DNA of 64,000 nucleotides from Candidatus Omnitrophica bacterium UBA6215 (GTDB lineage: Bacteria; Omnitrophota; Gorgyraeia; Pluralincolimonadales; Pluralincolimonadaceae), in NCBI GenBank assembly GCA_002421665.1, contig DISH01000006.1:16827-80826 (forward strand), given 5' to 3'. The stretch's first letter is position 1, and every line of letters begins with the position of its first letter. This document shows, piece after piece, positions 58,785 through 64,000 of this stretch. The notes below the pieces were generated by a model that saw nothing but the letters and a program-made list of their open reading frames with translations, made no database searches and was not told the origin of the DNA. The translations under genes were made by a program, and so were the position numbers.

Positions 58785-59066
58785 TTAGGTCGGCGTCGGC
58801 GCTTCTTTGGACTTTACGCCGCCGTGTTTCCTGAATGTCCTAGTCGGGGCAAATTCCCCGAGCTTGTGCCCCACCATATTCTCCGTCACGAAGACGGGGA
58901 TAAATTTATTCCCGTTATGCACCAGGAACGTCACGCCTACGAATTCAGGCACAACGGTCGACCTGCGGGACCAGGTCTTTATGGGCTTCTTATCGCCCTT
59001 AAGTTTTTCGACCTTCTTGATCAGCCTCTCTTCAACGAACGGGCCTTTTTTTGTAGAACGCCCCAT
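58785..59066 (-). CDS. rpsS: 30S ribosomal protein S19
   Basis: 93 aa; [11 protein letters not shown]...[28 protein letters not shown]. Confidence 0.95.
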   Translation of the reverse strand: MGRSTKKGPFVEERLIKKVEKLKGDKKPIKTWSRRSTVVPEFVGVTFLVHNGNKFIPVFVTENMVGHKLGEFAPTRTFRKHGGVKSKEAPTPT

Positions 59067-59071
59067 CTATT

Positions 59072-59896
59072 CTATCTCCTCCGCTTTATTATCAGCCTGT
59101 CGGAATACTTCCCGGGCTTTCTGGTCTTGAAACCCTTGGTCGGTTTACCCCAAGGCGATACCGGATGGGGATTGCCCTGACCGGACTTGCCTTCGCCGCC
59201 GCCATGAGGATGGTCATGGGGGTTCATAGCAGCGCCTCTAACCGTAGGACGTATGCCAAGCCACCTCTTCCTGCCGGCTTTTCCAACGGATATGGTCCCA
59301 TGCTCAACGTTGCCTACCTGGCCGATCGTTGCGTAGCAATCCAGGTGTATCAGGCGGATCTCTCCCGAAGGCAGCTTTATGTTAGCGTATTCGCCTTCCT
59401 TCGCCATAAGCTGCGCGCTTGTACCGGCTGAACGGACGATCTTTCCGCCGGTACCTTTGATAAGCTCTATATTATGTATAAATGAACCGACCGGTATATT
59501 CTTGATCGGCAGTGCATTGCCCGGCTTTATATCGGCGTCCGGACCCGACATTACAGAATCGCCTACTTTTAGGTCCACAGGAGCTACTATGTAGCGGCGT
59601 TCCTTGTCGGCATACTCAAGCAGGGCAAGAAATGCCGACCTGTTCGGGTCGTACTCCAGCGCTATCACTGCAGCCGGCATCCCGACTTTCTCTCGCTTGA
59701 AATCCACTATCCTTATCATCCTCTTATGGCCGCCGCCCTGGTGGCGTACCGTAAGGTGTCCGAGATTATTGCGTCCTGCTTTCTTTTTTTTCGGTATAAG
59801 CAGCGCTTTCTCGGGCTTCTTCTTTGTCAGGACCGAAAAGTCCGATGATGTTATCCACCTTCTTGATTTTGTATATGGCCTGTATGTCTTTAGCAT
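59072..59896 (-). CDS. rplB: 50S ribosomal protein L2
   Basis: 274 aa; canonical uL2. Confidence 0.95.
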   Translation of the reverse strand: MLKTYRPYTKSRRWITSSDFSVLTKKKPEKALLIPKKKKAGRNNLGHLTVRHQGGGHKRMIRIVDFKREKVGMPAAVIALEYDPNRSAFLALLEYADKERRYIVAPVDLKVGDSVMSGPDADIKPGNALPIKNIPVGSFIHNIELIKGTGGKIVRSAGTSAQLMAKEGEYANIKLPSGEIRLIHLDCYATIGQVGNVEHGTISVGKAGRKRWLGIRPTVRGAAMNPHDHPHGGGEGKSGQGNPHPVSPWGKPTKGFKTRKPGKYSDRLIIKRRR

Positions 59897-59908
59897 TTTT
59901 TAAAAACC

Positions 59909-60190
59909 TTATGTTGATACGTCGATCTTGTCGCCTGCACGCAGGGTAACTACCGCTTTCTTCCAGTCGGGGGTCTTACCCGGCTTGAACCTTACTCTGC
60001 GCCACTTGCCCGACATTATCATGGTGTTAACGTCCTTGACCTTTACCTTATAAGCCTGCTCAACGGCTTTCCTGATCTCGGTCTTGTTGGCGCGCTTATC
60101 TACCTCAAAAACATACTTGTTGAAAGGAAGAAGCTGTGAACCTTTTTCCGAGTGCAACAGGCTCTTTATTATCTTATATTTTTCTATCAT
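59909..60190 (-). CDS. rplW: 50S ribosomal protein L23
   Basis: 93 aa; canonical uL23. Confidence 0.92.
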   Translation of the reverse strand: MIEKYKIIKSLLHSEKGSQLLPFNKYVFEVDKRANKTEIRKAVEQAYKVKVKDVNTMIMSGKWRRVRFKPGKTPDWKKAVVTLRAGDKIDVST

Positions 60191-60816
60191 TGTTTCACCA
60201 ATAATTTGGTAAGAGCCTCAAGCGCTTTATGGGTTATCACTATTTTATCCTGCTTGAGTATCTCGTATGCGTTAAGGGCTTTGTAATCCCTCAGGAGGAG
60301 CGAACGTATATTCCTGGATGCCCTTACTACCGTGTCATCCTTCCCTTCGAGGACTATCAAGGGTTTCTTCCGGGCCTTGATCTTTTCGAGTACCGCGGCA
60401 AATTCCTTAGTCTTCGGCTTATCGAGTTTAAGGCTGTCCAGCACCACTATCCCGTTATCGTTTACCTTAGCGTTCAAACTTGATATCAACGCGATCTTCT
60501 TTACGGTCTTCGGCACGGAATAGGAGTAATCCCTTGGATGCGGTCCAAAGATCTTTCCGCCGCCTTTCCATAAAGGAGACCTGCTGGTACCTGCACGCGC
60601 GCGGCCTGTGCCTTTCTGCTTCCAGGGCTTCTTTCCGCCGCCCCTGACTTCCGAACGGGTCTTGGTATCGGCGGTACCCTGCCTTTGGTTAGCTTCATAC
60701 ATCTTCACGACCTGGTACAAGACTGCCTCATTGACCTTACCGTCGAATATCTTCTTGTCGAGTTCGACCTTTCCTACGGACTGTCCTTTGATGTTATAGA
60801 TCGCAAGCTCTGACAT
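60187..60816 (-). CDS. rplD: 50S ribosomal protein L4
   Basis: 209 aa; canonical uL4. Confidence 0.95.
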   Translation of the reverse strand: MSELAIYNIKGQSVGKVELDKKIFDGKVNEAVLYQVVKMYEANQRQGTADTKTRSEVRGGGKKPWKQKGTGRARAGTSRSPLWKGGGKIFGPHPRDYSYSVPKTVKKIALISSLNAKVNDNGIVVLDSLKLDKPKTKEFAAVLEKIKARKKPLIVLEGKDDTVVRASRNIRSLLLRDYKALNAYEILKQDKIVITHKALEALTKLLVKQ

Positions 60817-61532
60817 TATTTCTTACCCTTTCCGCCCGGCGCTTCTTTCTTCGACTTCTCTTTCTTTTCCTTTACGATGACAACCTGCGGGATCTTGGCC
60901 TTGGCGCGCTTCTTAGCCTTCTTAATTATCAACAATGAATCATTAGGACCCGGGACAGAACCCTCCAGGACCAACAGGTTGTTCTCCGGGTCTATCTTGA
61001 CTACCTCGAGATTCTGCGTAGTGACCACATCTCCACCCATTCTTCCGGGAAGATGATGGCCTTTGATGACCCTTCCTGGCGTCGTTGTGGAACCTATGGA
61101 TCCCGGCCTCCTGTGCGACATCGAACCGTGGGTCTTCTTTCCGCCTCTCCAATGCCATCTCTTCATACCGCCCTGGAAACCCTTTCCGATAGATGTCCCG
61201 GTAACGTCTACGGCATCGCCGGCGGCAAAAATATCCACCTTCATCTGCTGGCCTACCTCGAACTTCTGGTCAGGCGCAGTCCTTATCTCCCTTATAAATC
61301 TCTTTGGGGAAATGTTGATCTTTTTGAATTTACCCAATTCAGGTTTCGGGACAAGTTTCTCTTTTTTTTCGCAGAAACCGATCTGCACCGCTTCATAACC
61401 GTCCTTCTCCTTTGTCTTCACCTGGAGTACGGTACATGGGCCGGCTTCGATGACGGTAACGGGTATCACCCTGCCGTCATCCCTGAAGACCTGCGTCATC
61501 CCTTTTTTCTTTCCCAATATTCCTAAAGACAT
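60816..61532 (-). CDS. rplC: 50S ribosomal protein L3 with an approximately 30-aa Lys-rich C-terminal extension
   Basis: 238 aa; canonical uL3 core, followed by [10 protein letters not shown]...[18 protein letters not shown]. Confidence 0.93.
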   Translation of the reverse strand: MSLGILGKKKGMTQVFRDDGRVIPVTVIEAGPCTVLQVKTKEKDGYEAVQIGFCEKKEKLVPKPELGKFKKINISPKRFIREIRTAPDQKFEVGQQMKVDIFAAGDAVDVTGTSIGKGFQGGMKRWHWRGGKKTHGSMSHRRPGSIGSTTTPGRVIKGHHLPGRMGGDVVTTQNLEVVKIDPENNLLVLEGSVPGPNDSLLIIKKAKKRAKAKIPQVVIVKEKKEKSKKEAPGGKGKK

Positions 61533-61563
61533 TTTGTCATTACCTTACTGTTTTATGTTAGCG

Positions 61564-61881
61564 TTATTTTATCTCTACATCGACACCCGCAGGAAGATCG
61601 AGCTTCTTAAGCGCATCGATCGTCTTCGAGGTCGGTTCTACTATATCAAGTACCCGCTTGTGGGTCTTAAGCTGGAACTGTTCGCGGGACTTCTTATCGA
61701 TGTGCGGAGAACGCAGCACCGTAAAGACCGCCTTATCGGTAGGAAGCGGTATCGGTCCAAGCACTTTCGCGCCGGTCCTCTTCGCCGTTTCCACTATCTC
61801 GGCTGCCGACTGGTCCAGAACCCTGTGGTCGTAAGCCCTGAGTTTGATCCTTATCTTAGCTTTCTGAACGGTGGTAGTCAT
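61564..61881 (-). CDS. rpsJ: 30S ribosomal protein S10
   Basis: 105 aa; canonical uS10. Confidence 0.95.
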   Translation of the reverse strand: MTTTVQKAKIRIKLRAYDHRVLDQSAAEIVETAKRTGAKVLGPIPLPTDKAVFTVLRSPHIDKKSREQFQLKTHKRVLDIVEPTSKTIDALKKLDLPAGVDVEIK

Positions 61882-61883
61882 CG

Positions 61884-63086
61884 TTAAGCTATCACCTCTG
61901 ATACAACACCGGCACCTACGGTATGGCCGCCTTCGCGGATGGCGAAGCGCAGCTCTTTCTCGAGGGCTACCGGGATGATGAGTTCGACTTCAAAAGCGAC
62001 GTTATCGCCGGGCATTACCATCTCGACACCCTTGGCAAGGGTGACTACGCCGGTAACGTCCGTGGTCCTGAAGTAGAACTGCGGGCGGTAACCGGTGAAG
62101 AACGGCGTATGACGGCCGCCTTCTTCCTTGGTAAGGATGTAGACCTGCGCCTTGAACTTGGTGTGGGGCGTGATGGAACCGGGCTTGGCCAAGACCTGTC
62201 CGCGCTCGAGGTCCTTCTTCTCGATACCTCTTAAGAGGACACCGGCATTGTCGCCGGCCATACCCTCATCGAGGAGCTTGCGGAACATCTCTATTCCGGT
62301 GACGACGGTCTTGCGTATATCTTTTCTCATGCCTACGATCTCGACTTCGTCGTTGACCTTGACGACACCGCGCTCTATACGGCCGGTACCGACGGTACCG
62401 CGGCCGGTGATCGAGAAGACGTCCTCAATTGCCATGAGGAAGGGCTTGTCTATCTCACGCTTCGGGTCGGGGAGGTAATCGTCGAGGGCTTTTACGAGGT
62501 CGAATATGGGTTTGCAGTTGGGGCAATCATCCTTGCCGCAGGCGCAGTTGGTGGCGTTAAGGGCAGAACCCCTGATGATGGGGGTCTTGTCTCCGGGGAA
62601 CTCGTACTTGGTCAGGAGCTCACGTACTTCGAGCTCAACCAGGTCGAGGAGTTCCTTGTCGTCAACCACGTCGCATTTATTCAGGAATACGACTATATAG
62701 GGAACGCCTACCTGACGGGCCAGAAGTATATGCTCCCTGGTCTGGGGCATGGGGCCGTCCGGGGCGGATACTACGAGGATGGCACCGTCCATCTGGGCGG
62801 CACCGGTGATCATGTTCTTTATGTAGTCGGCATGTCCGGGGCAGTCGACGTGCGCGTAGTGGCGCTTCTCGGACTGGTACTCGACATGGGCGATGTTGAT
62901 TGTAATACCGCGCTCTTTCTCTTCGGGAGCGTTGTCGATCTGGTCATAGGCGCGCACTTCGGCCATGCCCTTTTTGTTCAGGCACATCGTCATGGCCGCG
63001 GTAAGGGTCGTCTTGCCGTGGTCTACGTGGCCTATGGTACCTACGTTCAAATGAGGCTTAGTACGTACAAATTTTTCCTTTGCCAT
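61884..63086 (-). CDS. tuf: elongation factor Tu
   Basis: 400 aa; [18 protein letters not shown] GTPase motifs. Confidence 0.97.
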   Translation of the reverse strand: MAKEKFVRTKPHLNVGTIGHVDHGKTTLTAAMTMCLNKKGMAEVRAYDQIDNAPEEKERGITINIAHVEYQSEKRHYAHVDCPGHADYIKNMITGAAQMDGAILVVSAPDGPMPQTREHILLARQVGVPYIVVFLNKCDVVDDKELLDLVELEVRELLTKYEFPGDKTPIIRGSALNATNCACGKDDCPNCKPIFDLVKALDDYLPDPKREIDKPFLMAIEDVFSITGRGTVGTGRIERGVVKVNDEVEIVGMRKDIRKTVVTGIEMFRKLLDEGMAGDNAGVLLRGIEKKDLERGQVLAKPGSITPHTKFKAQVYILTKEEGGRHTPFFTGYRPQFYFRTTDVTGVVTLAKGVEMVMPGDNVAFEVELIIPVALEKELRFAIREGGHTVGAGVVSEVIA

Positions 63087-63129
63087 GGGATTCCTCCTTG
63101 ATTAGTACTTCTTTAATGATCTTATTCAC

Positions 63130-63205
63130 TGGAGCTGCTGATCGGGATTGAACCGATGACCCCGTCCTTACCAAGGACGTGCTCTACCAGCTGAGCTACA
63201 GCAGC
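63130..63205 (-). tRNA. tRNA-Thr (anticodon GGT)
   Basis: Reverse complement GCTGCTGTAGCTCAGCTGGTAGAGCACGTCCTTGGTAAGGACGGGGTCATCGGTTCAATCCCGATCAGCAGCTCCA; 76-nt cloverleaf; anticodon loop TTGGTAA; the classical position upstream of tuf. Confidence 0.85.
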
Positions 63206-63363
63206 GCATGCGCCGCTAATTGCTTGATTCTGTGGCGCTAGCGTTTATTTGATACACATGTGCAAAAAAATACAAAAAATCCACCCCCCGGTAAGATGCC
63301 TTCTTTTACCGTAAAACATGTGGATTAATTGTTGAACTATACGTTGTTAGACGTAGGAGTTAA

Positions 63364-63391
63364 AGTATAGCAGATAAATTTATTTTGTCAA
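63364..63391 (-). promoter_or_regulatory. putative sigma70 promoter (TTGACA-N16-TATACT) for the tRNA-Thr/tuf/S10 transcription unit
   Basis: On the minus strand, TTGACA at 63391-63386 and TATACT at 63369-63364; sits between the upstream hairpin and tRNA-Thr. Confidence 0.45.
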
Positions 63392-63402
63392 GGAATTTTT
63401 TA

Positions 63403-63431
63403 GGGGGCATCCCGGATAACGGGATGCCCCC
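63403..63431. terminator. strong GC hairpin (12-bp stem GGGGGCATCCCG/CGGGATGCCCCC, loop GATAA), a likely terminator of the upstream partial gene
   Basis: A perfect inverted repeat 6 nt past the stop of the 63437..64000 ORF; flanked by A/T runs on both sides (no clean U tract on the minus transcript). Confidence 0.5.
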
Positions 63432-63436
63432 ATAAT

Positions 63437-64000
63437 TTACCAGGAATATTTGACCGTATATGTCAGCCTGGTCTCCCCATTCTTGGGAACTTTGGCGGTA
63501 TATTCCATAGTTGAAGCGTCCTTCTTGTCGAACTTGACGGATGACTCCGTTATCTCCCAGTTGGTATACCTCCAAAGCTTCTCGACCACCTTCACTTGGG
63601 CATCCTGTTCCTTGTGGTTGCGCAGGACTATCTCGAAAGTCTCATACGCGGTCCTGTATTCCGTCTTGAAATTCTTCCTCGTCCTCTCGCCCACCACATC
63701 GAAGGAGTCTCCTATATACAGGCGTATCTTCTCATCTTTCGGGGTGTGGTCTATCGCATCCTCGCCGATAAACTGTAAAGAACCATCGGCATCCTTCTTG
63801 TAAACCTTGACCTTGCCCTGCGGAAGAGGCATCCCCATGTTGTTGTCTTTGCTGTTGGCGATCTCGAGCTCTACCCTGGCGTTCTCCTTGAGGGTCTCGC
63901 CTTTATCGGAATAATACCACCAGTAATTCTTGCCTTTGGACGGGTCGAATATCAGCTCTTTATTCACTTTCGCTCCGGAGGTATTCAACAGCGATATCTG
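63437..64000 (-). CDS. hypothetical protein, C-terminal 183 aa only (gene continues beyond the window end)
   Basis: Open to the window edge; K/E/W/Y-rich globular sequence (…WWYYSDKGETLKENARVELE…TYTVKYSW); no motif recognised. Confidence 0.4.
   Translation of the reverse strand, partial: QISLLNTSGAKVNKELIFDPSKGKNYWWYYSDKGETLKENARVELEIANSKDNNMGMPLPQGKVKVYKKDADGSLQFIGEDAIDHTPKDEKIRLYIGDSFDVVGERTRKNFKTEYRTAYETFEIVLRNHKEQDAQVKVVEKLWRYTNWEITESSVKFDKKDASTMEYTAKVPKNGETRLTYTVKYSW

Noticed and set aside
63206-63360. A second tRNA (Tyr/Gly) upstream of tRNA-Thr, as in the classical thrU-tyrU-glyT-thrT-tufB cluster
   Set aside because: No acceptor or T-arm complementarity and no GTTCGAATC-like T-loop could be folded in this stretch. 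It reads as a structured leader instead.
1-64000. CRISPR arrays, IS elements or other interspersed repeats
   Set aside because: No periodic direct repeats, terminal inverted repeats with transposase ORFs, or cas-like genes were seen. Intergenic space is too small to hold an array.

Overview
This 64 kb window is a gene-dense bacterial chromosomal segment with an extreme coding-strand bias. About 92 CDS, 2 tRNAs and 2 riboswitch-like leaders lie on the minus strand. Only two genes are on the plus strand: an exeA/gspA-like AAA+ ATPase and a gspB-like partner, driven by a textbook sigma70 promoter. All calls are inferred from the supplied translations and the raw sequence only; I ran no database searches.

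Reading the minus strand from high to low coordinates, the content is:
- A partial unknown gene, then a hairpin, a promoter and tRNA-Thr(GGT).
- tuf, then the complete S10-spc-alpha ribosomal super-operon (rpsJ through rplQ, with secY, adk, map, infA, rpmJ and rpoA). It lacks L30 and carries an unusual Cys4 uL24.
- An aspartate aminotransferase, a NAD-IDH-like dehydrogenase, lpd, lipA, an orphan lipoyl-domain protein and a DapL-like aminotransferase cluster.
- A GT28 / LpxL-like / GT2 membrane-lipid cluster.
- A cobalamin locus that appears to be under two cobalamin-riboswitch-like leaders: cobU-cobT-cobS-btuF-btuC-btuD, then btuB-tonB.
- rpsU, a two-domain M16 peptidase coupled to a Memo-family protein, DUF1844, rmuC, a flippase-like membrane protein, aroQ, pepP, efp and accB-accC with an Asp23-like protein.
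- A phosphofructokinase with PPi-type signature residues, gmhA, heptose adenylyltransferase, thiE/thiC with a PfkB kinase, and tRNA-Gly(CCC).
- A tightly coupled nlpD, Arch_ATPase/DUF234, phosphoesterase, HIT and dGTPase operon.
- Cell-envelope genes (SPOR, SH3b), csaA, an M50 protease, cspA, aroB, rnc and GNAT.
- Three tandem PilZ c-di-GMP receptor paralogues, and plsC.

I found no CRISPR array, IS element, integrase or prophage. The candidates for something new are modest. They are the PilZ triad with the divergent exeA/gspB pair, the DUF234-ATPase nucleotide-hydrolase operon next to tRNA-Gly, the orphan lipoyl-carrier/LipA/Lpd module, the M16-Memo coupling, and the zinc-ribbon uL24.
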